Assembly (NCBI GenBank): GCA_001643675.2
Contig: LSRY02000020.1
Span: 1,302,001-1,366,000 of the forward strand
Reading direction: 5' to 3'
Length of the DNA stretch: 64,000 nt
Source of the DNA: Monocercomonoides exilis PA203
Taxonomy: Eukaryota; Protista; Preaxostyla
Each line of letters opens with the position of its first letter. Positions within the stretch are counted from its first letter, which is position 1. Shown here one piece after another: positions 25,401 to 35,267 of the stretch. The translations under genes and the position numbers were made by a program. The notes beneath the pieces are model-generated. The model was not told the origin of the DNA. It ran no database searches and worked only from the letters and a program-made list of their open reading frames with translations.

Positions 25401-28400
25401 GAATGGAGCGTTTGAAAAGAATACAGAACACAAAAGAGGAGATTATTGTTATTTCAAATACGTTGATGGCAGGATGTGTGGATGTGAGTAAGATGTGTAT
25501 AAAGGCAAAACAGGAGGTTGTTGTAAATATTGAATGCCAAAGGGAAGTTAACGGACCTGAAGAATGTGTGTTGAAATCATCATCGTTGACAGAATTGGAG
25601 TTCATTGGGATTGTTGTTCCTTCAAGTTTTAACAAAACAATCACATCTGTGATTGAATCGAGCACTCAAAATGGCGAGCTGCACATGAAGAACTGTGAGA
25701 TGAGTGTGGCAGAAGGGAAACAAAACACGATAGTATTTTTCTTGATAAAATCAACAGGGAAGATGGTTGAGTTGGACTCTGTCACAATTTCAGATGTGAA
25801 ATCAGCAGTTTCGTTATTTTCATTTTCGCTTTCCTCATCAAATGTGAATGAACAGGAATACAAAGTGAAACTGTTGAATTGTACACTGGAAGGATTGGAG
25901 ATTGATAGCACAGCAGCAGTGGAGGGAAAGGCAGCCGTATTTGGAGAGAGCGTTGGAGTTGGGATGGCGATAAATGGAAGCAGAATTGAAGGTGCATTGT
26001 CAGAGAAGAGCAAAGAAGGAGGAGCGATGAAAATAGCATTGAGCGAAGGAGGATATATGACAATTCAAGAGAGCTCATTTGCTGGATGTGTTTGTGAGAA
26101 TATGAGTGAGGGAGGAAAAGGAGGAGGGATTTATCTGGATTGCAGTCTGAATGAAGAAGCATTTCAACTTTCATCGATATCATTTTCTGGGTGCAGGGCA
26201 ACAGTTGGGAAGAACATGTTTGTGAAGAGCAGCAATCTGGTGAACAGTGTGAACACAGAGCGATTTGCAATTGTTAACACAGATTACGTGGATGATGGGA
26301 ATGCATTTGTTGGGGAAGATGGAAAATATGGGGAAATGGATCTTCGAGTATTTCTTGTTTCTCTGAAGTGGATGGAGGTGTCTGTGTCGACTGGTGGGGA
26401 TGACGCTTTGGGATGTGGAGAAGAGATATTCCCATGCCAATCAATGAAAAGTGGAATTGACCACATTGACAAAAGTTGGACAGAAGGTGAAAGGAAAGTG
26501 AAAGTGAAAGATGAAGGAACAATTGAAGATATTTATTGCTTCACAGATGCACTTGTGATTGATGGGTGTGTGAATGAGGGAGATGAAACCAAACATATTC
26601 CTATCAATTTTGAAGAGACAATCCATGGAGATTCTGCATCATCGTCTTCATCTGTTATTTCATCAATTCAGCCACTCAGCTTGTTATCTTTGAAGTTACA
26701 GATTCCATGTCAATTTGTGCCAAGCATGAATTCTTTGATCTCTTCAAGTTATATTCTTCAACTCGAAAACTGTTTATTTGACATCCAATCAGCAACAAAT
26801 ACTGTTCAATACTCATTGATAACCACAACCACTGGAAGTTGCACACTGAATGGATGCAGTTTATCAGGATGTTCATTTTCCAAATCTCCATTGGTGATGT
26901 CTTCTTCTGTTTTGTTCGAAAACAGCAACTTTTCAAATATTGTGAACACTGGAAGCGGTGAAGGAGGTGTTGCAAGAGTGATATTGAAAGGGAATGAAGA
27001 ATTGGCCATTGTATCAACAAATGCTTCATTTTGTTCGCTTTCATCAAGCAATGGGAAAGGAGGATTCTTGTATTTGGATTGTCGAAATTGTTTGAATGAG
27101 AAGCCATTTGTTTTTGATTTTGGTGTAACTTTTGAGAACAACAAAGCAACCATTGGAAAGAATGTGTTCATTTTGGGAAGGGATTTTAATTGTTCAGTGA
27201 CAAATGACTCATTCAAGTTCGATTATTCCTCAATGATAAATGATTGCAATTTGTTTATTGGAAGTGATGATTTTCATTCAAACAAAGATTTGTTCATGTT
27301 CCTCGTTCCATACAGCTCATTTGAGATATTTGTCTCATCTGAAGGATTTGATGTTGCACGCTGTGGAAGTGAGGAAGAGCCATGCAAAACGATGTGGAAA
27401 GGGATGGAAAATATGAAACAGGAGATTGGAAAGAAAACGATTCAAATTGAAGGATCAACTATCATTCAAGATTCATTCAATGTGTCCAATTATCAGATCA
27501 AAAAAAGTGTAAAGATGGGAAAAGAGAATGTGAAAGCAACTTTGAATTTTGAAAAGGCAATTGGAAGTCAACTGGAATATTTCATGGAAAATGATATTCA
27601 TCTTGAATTGACAAATATCCAACTGCAGCTGACATCTAGATTTGACAATTCAGCCAAAACGATTATTTCAAATAGAAATGGAGATTTGGTGATAACTGGA
27701 TGCTCATTCCATTCAGAAGCAGGAGTGAACAATGGATTTGATTGTGTGTTTGTGGATGCGATTGGAGGAACTGTGGAAGTGAATGATTTGTTGATGGAAT
27801 CGTGCAATATTGGAAACAGTTTATTTACCATTCACGATTCTGGAATTTCTTGCCATTTTGTGAATGTTCGAGTGAAATTGTTGAATGAAAGCGGAGGATG
27901 CTTAATGTCAATCAAGAAATCTGAAACAGGATTGGAGATAAATGAAGAATGTGTGAATATCGAGATTGACAAATCGTCATTTTCAGGAGTGAAGAGAAGT
28001 GACAATGGAGCGAGCATTTTGGAGTCTGCAAGTGAGAAAAGGATTTGTTTGGTTGTGAATGCGAGCAACATCACAGAAGACAAAGCAGAAGCAAGTGAAA
28101 AAGGAGGGACAATATTCTTCACATTGGGTGCATCAGGATCGATGAAGATGGTTGACTCAACAATCAGCCATTGCAGCTGCAGCATCAGTTCAGGAAAAGG
28201 AGGAGGAGTGTATCTGGCAACAAAGGAAAGAGGGAATCTTGATTTTGCATTTGTGAGGGTGAAGTTCAGTGCAAACACAGCAAAAGTGGGAAATGATATT
28301 TTCATTGAATGTTACAGGATCAGATCGCAGATCAATGAAAGCCAATTTGAGCTTGATCTTCGAGAAGATCATTACACTCGAATAAATGGGATATGTGGGA

Positions 28401-31039
28401 GAGATGAGTGTGATTACCCGAGCGATGCAGATCTGATTGAGTTTATCACGATTCATCAGAGCGACACGATCATTGTGAGCAGTGTGAGTGGATCGAACGA
28501 GAGACAATGCGGCACAAACACACTTCCATGTTATTCGATTGAGCATGGCCTGGCGCATCTGACTTCAGATTTCATCAGTCAAATGTTCGTTGTTGATGAG
28601 AGTGTGATTGGGGAAGAGATTAATCTGGAGGAGATGAGTTTGAGCTCGAAGAACAGAGAGATGTGCAAAGTTGAAGTGGAATCGGGGATTGAAAGAACAA
28701 GAGGGGCATTGTTGATAACAACCGGAACAGTCTCATTATTGAGAGTGATTTTCGTGTTTGATTCAGATTTCATCTCTTTGCATGAATCGCTGATGTCACC
28801 AGAAGGAGGGATTCTTGAGATAATGAATTGCTCATTTGGCTCAAAACAACTGATGGAAGAAGGAGATGCTGCTTTTGCAAATGTTCATTTCCACGTTATT
28901 AACATGGTAAATGGAGAATTACAACTTATGGAATGCACAGTGTCAAATCTCATTCTTCAAAAATCAGCATTATTTATTTCATCACAACTTCCATCTGTAA
29001 TTGATTCATTAACGATTTGCAATTCAACTGTTTCAAAATCTCTGATTGATATAAATGAATGTGGACAATTAAACATGGAAAAGTTTCATTCAGAAAATAT
29101 CACAGTTGAAGGAAATGAAGAATCATTGATATGTTGCCTTTCACTGAAAAAGATGATGCAATTGGCAAATTGCACGATAGGTGGAGTCGGTTCAAACAAT
29201 ACAAAAGGGAAATTAATGAAATTGGAGAATTGTTTGGATATAAAAATGGACAGTTGCGTTTTTGATGGAAGCTCAAAGGAAAGAAGGGGGCAGAATTTGA
29301 ATACAGAAGAAGAGATGTGCAGATGGGATGGATCTCTTGTGGATGTTGTGAAGAGTTCGGTTATGATGAAAGATACAACAATCTCGAATTCACCAGAAGG
29401 TGGAATAACAATGTCTGGAGGAAATGTGATAATAGAAATGGGGTTATTTGAAAACAATAATCCATCGATTGAAGGATATCCATCATTGAGAAGAAATATC
29501 ATTTGCTCAGATTCAGGATCTTTGAATGTGCTGAGTTTGAAAGGAGGAGATGGAGTTTTGCCAAACACCTCACTTTGGATATTGAATGAAGGGTGCAGTT
29601 TCGATGGGATTATTTCAGAGAGAGATTCATCATTCTTCATTCCTGTTCTGGAGAGTGTGGAAGCAAAAGAAGAGACAGATCGAATGAAGCTGACATTCAA
29701 AGGAATGCTTTTTGTTCCATGCAATCTGTGGTTCTCGGTTGTGAAGAGGAAGGGAGAAGAGAAAGAGATTGAAAAATATGAATTTGATTCAAATGAGTTT
29801 TTATCTGAAAGAGAAGTTGAAGGGAGCGTGGGAAAAGATCTGATCAGCAGCTGTGGAGAAGAAATCGAGGTGAGTGTGCAAGTTTTGTTTGGAGATTCAA
29901 ATTCTCCTTCATGGACAGAGCCATTGATCCTGAAGAACAGAACAGTTGGAAGGGATGATTTGCGAGAAGATGTTGTGAAGGAGTCAGAGAAAGGGGGAAA
30001 TGGGTGGAGCATTTATGCATTTGTGGCTTGTGCAGTTGTTGTTGTTGTGCTTGTGCTTGTGATTGTTTTGATATTGAACAAAAAGCAGAAGAGATCAGGA
30101 AAGAAAGTTGTGGAAGGAGATTTGGAAAACATGAAAATGATTGAAAACTGCGAGCTGAGCAAGGAAGAGAAAAATGAAAGTTTTGAAATGGACGAGGTGT
30201 CATCGCCATTGCTTGAAAAGATGCAAAGCCAAACACCACTTTTGATGGATGGCAATAATCCTCCGCTTGTGACTCTCAGGAAAGGAATAATGATTGAAGG
30301 CACGCAAGAGTCAGACAGCTCAATTGTGATTTCTTCAAAAGACTTTGTGGAGGTGCAAACCATTGAGTTGCATTCAAACAACCGAGAGGATGGAGATGCA
30401 ACAAAGGATTTTGCAAACGATCAGATTTCATTTGATTCGAAGAAAAGTGAAGCAGACAGCAAAAGGAAGCAGAGGAAGAAGAAGAAATGGAAAGAATTGG
30501 GCACAAGAAATGAAAGGGAGACAAAAGCAGTTGGAGGGGATTTGATGCGCAGTGAAGGAAGAATTGAGTTTGTGGTTGAGAATTCGCTTGGGGAAAATTG
30601 CATTGAGAGTTTTCGGATGAATGGAGATGATCCGAGTTTGTTGGTGAATTCAGGGGCATCTTCCTTTTCTTTTGGCAATGATAACGAGGAGTTGAGCTGC
30701 AACTCGAAAGAGCCAAGTCTGGCACCAAGAGAAGCGAGAGATGAAGGAGCAGCAGCTGTTCATGGACTGAAGAATGCACCAAAAACAAAGGAAAAGCCAT
30801 CCATGGAAATGGATGTTCAAGGTCTTTCAGACGATGCTAATGAAGCAGAAAGAGAAGCGAGAGCAACGAACATTGAAGAATATATTCGCGATCTGGAAAC
30901 GATAAATGCTGAGACAGAGCAGAAAACGAAGAAAGGAAAAAAGAAGAGGAAGAAGAAACAAAAAAAGGAAGAAGAAGTGTTGAAGAATCCAGCTGTCGAG
31001 GAGATTGATGCCTATGAAGTTGGGATTGATGCATTTTAA
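22436..31039 (+). CDS. Giant (~2870 aa) intronless Cys-rich beta-helix-repeat type I membrane protein
   Basis: Signal-peptide-like start MRGNSMALFLLAITFCMHVVLSA. GGA(L/I)/FxxN repeats, five CGx4-5PC-headed modules, single TM at ~30005-30076 and a Lys-rich cytoplasmic tail. Confidence 0.88.
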   Translation: MRGNSMALFLLAITFCMHVVLSANEFSVSDGQAVSVRNAIFSHFACAETSISISNTSLCVSHFNIISANGCPLLTAQHHSAATIFSSACQIHPATNNPLFLSGHASLALTNFSLATSKPAILSFPLFSIPNNHLQDAHFPIPASFSISHSSFSSFISLSNPFLFSPSISSFSSPSPLHIHRQSHPHLQIHLNLHLSNTLFSNISSPQSPRSLPSLPSRSLNPFIPTTSSSSLSSTNTNTNTIPSFSLRSSLSIHSTLFLHTHNPIDGAILPNINNPFTSLYTFNASFIHQTRSSANAAVVYVGNETHRKTPGRLTSFDVNSHKFEWCEWNDSTGGSSHGGALYVYCANANLIISTCSFSKCFTNDFGGALFIQGLLNVNITKSNFTSCSAAHGGAAHVGSPQSNSVWSFSENKVERCKITSNIGTCWYFPIYEFPSSGQFLFTKCKCIANSGGDSAGSLTFHYTPGTKPNQFLVNDCQFINNKVENTSSYGGAALCCTRTYSWMSGQKFITFCFFDGNTAANGRGNDVFFNGSSITQSPFESCVSTTPTKRVWNCGTADNAVYNSWLPLIPSSKIVANNGTDMEICGRPQQTPCATIEYALNGFTILQDASLTLLTSIFVPLQTLTFSAADTKITGNGTTATTIASSGIPQQPNSHSQSSQSTSSFSSFSSSLSSSSFSSPDPSASSALFQQTQGSLTVSALTVVHNSTNQITPILFHLSQNSPSLNLNTTTITGTTSITIKTPLFFLTAGSLALNHTAITQLTLNSQSIFHLTSLTNPLTLNSSNITHITSTSTPTSCVLSSATSPALSLSLANCTITNINSEQLSQQTATNGGCISFASSAPANSFSVSNTIFSTCSVSEDTSSGGRGGALMIEFNEGSQVSESSFSITNIVFSANKASVGRDMYFVCESFVTSVKEPLFAFMRSIIQKDNSVVGHDRTEAFGNWDVDLFIFFDGYFADSVYVDGISGVEEVYCGREKAPCKNINNGMERLKRIQNTKEEIIVISNTLMAGCVDVSKMCIKAKQEVVVNIECQREVNGPEECVLKSSSLTELEFIGIVVPSSFNKTITSVIESSTQNGELHMKNCEMSVAEGKQNTIVFFLIKSTGKMVELDSVTISDVKSAVSLFSFSLSSSNVNEQEYKVKLLNCTLEGLEIDSTAAVEGKAAVFGESVGVGMAINGSRIEGALSEKSKEGGAMKIALSEGGYMTIQESSFAGCVCENMSEGGKGGGIYLDCSLNEEAFQLSSISFSGCRATVGKNMFVKSSNLVNSVNTERFAIVNTDYVDDGNAFVGEDGKYGEMDLRVFLVSLKWMEVSVSTGGDDALGCGEEIFPCQSMKSGIDHIDKSWTEGERKVKVKDEGTIEDIYCFTDALVIDGCVNEGDETKHIPINFEETIHGDSASSSSSVISSIQPLSLLSLKLQIPCQFVPSMNSLISSSYILQLENCLFDIQSATNTVQYSLITTTTGSCTLNGCSLSGCSFSKSPLVMSSSVLFENSNFSNIVNTGSGEGGVARVILKGNEELAIVSTNASFCSLSSSNGKGGFLYLDCRNCLNEKPFVFDFGVTFENNKATIGKNVFILGRDFNCSVTNDSFKFDYSSMINDCNLFIGSDDFHSNKDLFMFLVPYSSFEIFVSSEGFDVARCGSEEEPCKTMWKGMENMKQEIGKKTIQIEGSTIIQDSFNVSNYQIKKSVKMGKENVKATLNFEKAIGSQLEYFMENDIHLELTNIQLQLTSRFDNSAKTIISNRNGDLVITGCSFHSEAGVNNGFDCVFVDAIGGTVEVNDLLMESCNIGNSLFTIHDSGISCHFVNVRVKLLNESGGCLMSIKKSETGLEINEECVNIEIDKSSFSGVKRSDNGASILESASEKRICLVVNASNITEDKAEASEKGGTIFFTLGASGSMKMVDSTISHCSCSISSGKGGGVYLATKERGNLDFAFVRVKFSANTAKVGNDIFIECYRIRSQINESQFELDLREDHYTRINGICGRDECDYPSDADLIEFITIHQSDTIIVSSVSGSNERQCGTNTLPCYSIEHGLAHLTSDFISQMFVVDESVIGEEINLEEMSLSSKNREMCKVEVESGIERTRGALLITTGTVSLLRVIFVFDSDFISLHESLMSPEGGILEIMNCSFGSKQLMEEGDAAFANVHFHVINMVNGELQLMECTVSNLILQKSALFISSQLPSVIDSLTICNSTVSKSLIDINECGQLNMEKFHSENITVEGNEESLICCLSLKKMMQLANCTIGGVGSNNTKGKLMKLENCLDIKMDSCVFDGSSKERRGQNLNTEEEMCRWDGSLVDVVKSSVMMKDTTISNSPEGGITMSGGNVIIEMGLFENNNPSIEGYPSLRRNIICSDSGSLNVLSLKGGDGVLPNTSLWILNEGCSFDGIISERDSSFFIPVLESVEAKEETDRMKLTFKGMLFVPCNLWFSVVKRKGEEKEIEKYEFDSNEFLSEREVEGSVGKDLISSCGEEIEVSVQVLFGDSNSPSWTEPLILKNRTVGRDDLREDVVKESEKGGNGWSIYAFVACAVVVVVLVLVIVLILNKKQKRSGKKVVEGDLENMKMIENCELSKEEKNESFEMDEVSSPLLEKMQSQTPLLMDGNNPPLVTLRKGIMIEGTQESDSSIVISSKDFVEVQTIELHSNNREDGDATKDFANDQISFDSKKSEADSKRKQRKKKKWKELGTRNERETKAVGGDLMRSEGRIEFVVENSLGENCIESFRMNGDDPSLLVNSGASSFSFGNDNEELSCNSKEPSLAPREARDEGAAAVHGLKNAPKTKEKPSMEMDVQGLSDDANEAEREARATNIEEYIRDLETINAETEQKTKKGKKKRKKKQKKEEEVLKNPAVEEIDAYEVGIDAF

Positions 31040-31140
31040 AGGAGCTGTGCCATTTGGTCAATTTCCAAGAAAGAAAACTTTTTTTTGAAGTTGATTATGA
31101 TTTTTGTGTGAACTAATTTGAATTGAACATTTTGTCCAAT
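26894..31140 (+). repeat. Direct duplication of 27-~4280, including ~100 bp past the stop codon
   Basis: Colinear at offset 26861-26867. The 3' flank (taaaggagctgtgccatttggtcaa...gaattgaacattttgtccaat) is shared, then similarity ends abruptly. Confidence 0.92.
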
Positions 31141-34023
31141 GCTTGCAGCTGCTTTCACAAGCTTGCAACAGGAAAAAATCTCCAGAAACAATTGCAATAA
31201 GTTTTTGCATTTCGACTATGCTGAGACAATATCATCAATTTTTTATCTTCAAATTTTTTGATTGTTGCCTTGTCGCTTTTCGAGCAAATGATTTTCTGTT
31301 GAAACCGAAAAAAGATTCTTCGAAATATTGCTTTCACACCTTTTGAACTGTTCAATTTGCTTTGCACCTTCTAATTTTCTTTCTGAACTTTTAATTTTCA
31401 TTGTGCGATATCTTGTTTGGAAATGCACTTTGATGTGGAACAGCGAATCTTTCATTTTGATCAGTCTGTTTGCAAAAAGAGTGTGTCATGTGCAAGTCAT
31501 CAGCTGTCATTTCAAGGAGGTGATTGATGGGTTCATTCAACTTTGTTTTATTTCAAAAATCACTTTCTATTTGTTGAAATCTGTTATGCTTGAATGCCAA
31601 TCACATCAATCCATTCAATTCATTTCTTTGAAATCACAATTTCGCTCCTTTTGGTCATTTTGCCAGGGTTGCGTTTTTTCTCTGTCCTGTTTTTCAACAC
31701 CTTCCTTTTTTTTTTTTTTTCAGCTGGCTATGGCTTTGTATCAACACGTGGCCAGCGAAAAACAACCAGAAATGGTTGTTCAAAGTTGTTCAACTTGTCC
31801 TGAGTTTTCCTCCCAATAAGGCCAAAGTGTTGTTTGATTTATTTTCGTGATCGTTGAAGTGTTGGTCTCTCAGCGAATTTGTTTTTCTGGAAGTTTAAAA
31901 GATTTCTAAACATTGCTAGGCATTTCTATTTTGTGTTTTTACAACCTTTCACACTTCACAACTTTTTATTTATTTATTTATTTATTTATTTATTTCATCA
32001 TTTTTTTAAAAGAAAAAGAGATGTTTGAGGTAAATATGAATTTGTTTAATAATTTAAAAGTTTATTAAAAAAAAGTAAAAAAAAAAAAAAAAAAAAAATA
32101 AAAAAAAAAAAAAAAAAAAAAAAAATTAAAAAGTTCTCAAATAGCAAATAAAAATTTGAAATTAATAATCAAACAAGTTTTTAAGACATAAGGTTGCCTT
32201 TTTAATAAATAACGTTTCAGTTGAGTTGAGTCGCATTGTTTTTTTTTTTTTTTTTTTTTTTCTAACCAATAAAAAAGTTTATATTTTTCTTTCTGTTCTT
32301 CTTTGCTTTGGGATTAAAAATGAAAGTTATTTTTATTTATGTGAAAAACTTTTCAAATAAGTTGTGCAATGATAATATAATTCCATTTTTTTTCAAAGTT
32401 TGAGATTATTTGAAAAATTTTATCAGAAATTATTCCGAATGACAAATTGTAATTTAGAATCTTTTCACCAATAACATTGCATTTATTATGATAAATATAA
32501 TTACAAAACACAAGACTTTTTTAAAAAATAAAAAGTGATAGAAATCTCTAAAAAACAACATTAAATGTTCATTATTCGAAGAAAAAACATTTTCTTTCAT
32601 TTGTTTCATTTTCATTCAGAAATTATTGTCGCCAATTTTTCCGAAAAGAACAGAAAACAGAAACTGGTTCATTGAATGTTTTTGTCCAACCATTTACTAT
32701 TCTTTCAAACGTTGTGATAAACAAAAAGAATATTTAATAATTAATCATTTGCATGGACTTGTATTTTGTAATTTTTTTTGATCCTTGAGAAAGAATTTTT
32801 TTAAAAAAATCTCCCATCAATACGTGTATTATGCCGTATAATTTTAATATGAAAAGAAGACATTAAAACAATAATCAGATGTGAGTTCATTTATCATTAT
32901 CATCTCTTATTATTTGAGTGATTTTTTTTGAAATCATATATTTATTGGTGGTTTGTGTTATTTTCAAATTCACAGTTAATTTCAAATGAATTTTTGAAAA
33001 ATGGTTGCTTGCATTCATTCTTTATTGTCTTTCGAATGCATGTTGTCATTGAAAAACAGAGAAATGCATAAATGATTTTAATGAAAATCTCTAATTGATT
33101 CCTTGGAGTTTGATCCAAATTATCAATTCAAAATTTTAGATTGAAAATTTTTAGAATCAAAAAGAATGACACATATTAATGAATTTTGGAGTGAAAAAAC
33201 ATTTTGATATTTATGAATAAATTAGAAAAAATAAGTTGATCTGTCCCACAATTACAGTCAAAATTGGAATTATCGCATCGAGTTTTGCACAAAATTTTGT
33301 GATTAAATCCGATTGTGTTTTTTTGCAGTTACACTTCACACATAAAAAACAAAAAATAGAAAAAATATAATTTATTTTTGGAGAAATTTCTATTTTGAAA
33401 AATTATTCATGAACACTTTGCTTTCTTTAAAAATAACTATTTTTGTTATTTTTTATGTAATATTAACTTATTTGAATGCATTTGAGAAAATTTTAAATTT
33501 TGATCAAAATTTTGATTTTTCGCAGATACGATAATCGATCGAGAAAAAAATGTGATTATTGATATTTATCACTGCGATTATGTTTGATAAAAATGAACGA
33601 AAATAAAGGGCGAAAATGTTCTTGCAAATAAATATGATATTGTTACCGATGTAGATTATATTTGATGTGATTATATCAGGTTGAAACTGTTCGAAAATTT
33701 ATGGAATATTGAATATATAAATAAAACCGTTATCACAGGAATTTTTTTACCGGTGGTTTCAGACCAATTTCCTCATCTGTTTTTTTCAGAAAAAATCACC
33801 ATCATTGAAATCTAATTATTTTTTAATAAAATCACCTCACATTATTGGGTTTCAAATTATTTTTTCAAAATAAATTATTTGCATCAAAACAAAATACTCA
33901 AAAACCAAAATATGTTTCATTTAATTAAATCTTTTGATGCGCTTTCAGAATTTTTCATTTATTTTTTGTTGATCTTGTAACCAAAATTTTATTCTAATAA
34001 TTTTCTTTGATTGAAAGATGCAT

Positions 34024-34434
34024 TATAGTTAGTGTTAATAATGGTGGACACTTTCAATAACTGTGGACAGTGGCTTTATCTCAACAACCGTTGATAGTTA
34101 TATTTTGACAATTAACCAAATTATTCCCTCAATGTATATGAACTTATAAGACATACAGAAATGAAACAGTTTGCTCCGCAGAATTTTGAAAAAAACATTT
34201 TCAATTTTCGGAGAAACTGTGAGAATTTAATTTCTTTGGGTTTCTCCGAAAATTGAAAATGTTTTTTTTCAAAATTCTGCGGAGCAAACTGTTTCATTTC
34301 TGTATGTCTTATAAGTTCATATACATTGAGGGAATAATTTGGTTAATTGTCAAAATATAACTATCAACGGTTGTTGAGATAAAGCCACTGTCCACAGTTA
34401 TTGAAAGTGTCCACCATTATTAACACTAACTATA
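34024..34434. mobile_element. Foldback/MITE-like element: ~194-bp near-perfect inverted arms with a 22-bp spacer, TA ends
   Basis: 34024-34217 is the reverse complement of 34240-34434 except for one extra base in an A/T run. Both ends read TATA. A subterminal direct repeat aataa.(g/t)gtggaca occurs at 34037-34050 and 34056-34069. No ORF. Confidence 0.8.
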
Positions 34435-34670
34435 TTGAATAACGTGAGGTGAACACATTTGAAAATAATAAGATTTCAGGATGATGATGTTTTTCAGAAA
34501 ATGAAGAATTACTCATGTTTATTGACAAATAATTATATTGGAAGTTCAATTTTTAATTTATATTTCGAATATTGACTGGATATAATATTTATCGCTTTCT
34601 AACATTCAGCCAAAAACCAATATTTCACCTAAATTATTTTGTTGAAAAATTATTAACTTGATAAATTTAA

Positions 34671-34880
34671 TATGGCTGATCCTTTATGAAAGCATCCTTT
34701 TTTTCAAGTTTTGAACAAATATTTTATCTCAATGGGATTTTGAAAAATTGAACGAAACTGATAATACACGTTGTTTTTGATGTTGTTATTGCAGAAACAA
34801 AAATTTAAAAAAATCCAATTGAGATTAAATATTTGTTCTAAACTCGAACGAAAGTCTGATTTCTAAAAGGATCAGCCATA
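34671..34880. mobile_element. Second small MITE-like element with ~21-bp terminal inverted repeats and putative TA target duplication
   Basis: Left end tatggctgatcctttatgaaa; reverse complement of right end tatggctgatccttttagaaa (15 bp perfect, 19/21 overall). AT-rich non-coding interior. Confidence 0.6.
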
Positions 34881-35267
34881 TGAAGAGTGAACATAATTTG
34901 AAGAATAAAAGGTAATCACTTAATATCAAAAAGACTATTAATGAGTAATTTTTATTATTTTAATTGTTTTTCAATGAGTTATATGTGAGACCATTTTATT
35001 AACGAAACATAATTATTTCCCTGAATACTTCTTAAACAAGTGCAAAAAAAAATATTCAATGTTATTTTAAAAAATTAAAAATTGTTCTTTTTGTTGAATG
35101 AATTTTTCAGTCTGACACTCATGCGCTATTGAAGTGGTTGTTTAAGTTTTTTGTTTGTCTCGAAATTATCATTATCAAAATATTTCGAAGAAATTTTAAA
35201 TATATAACATTTGATCAAATACATTTTGTGCTTATTAATTTAATTTCCGACCACGAATAACTGATTA

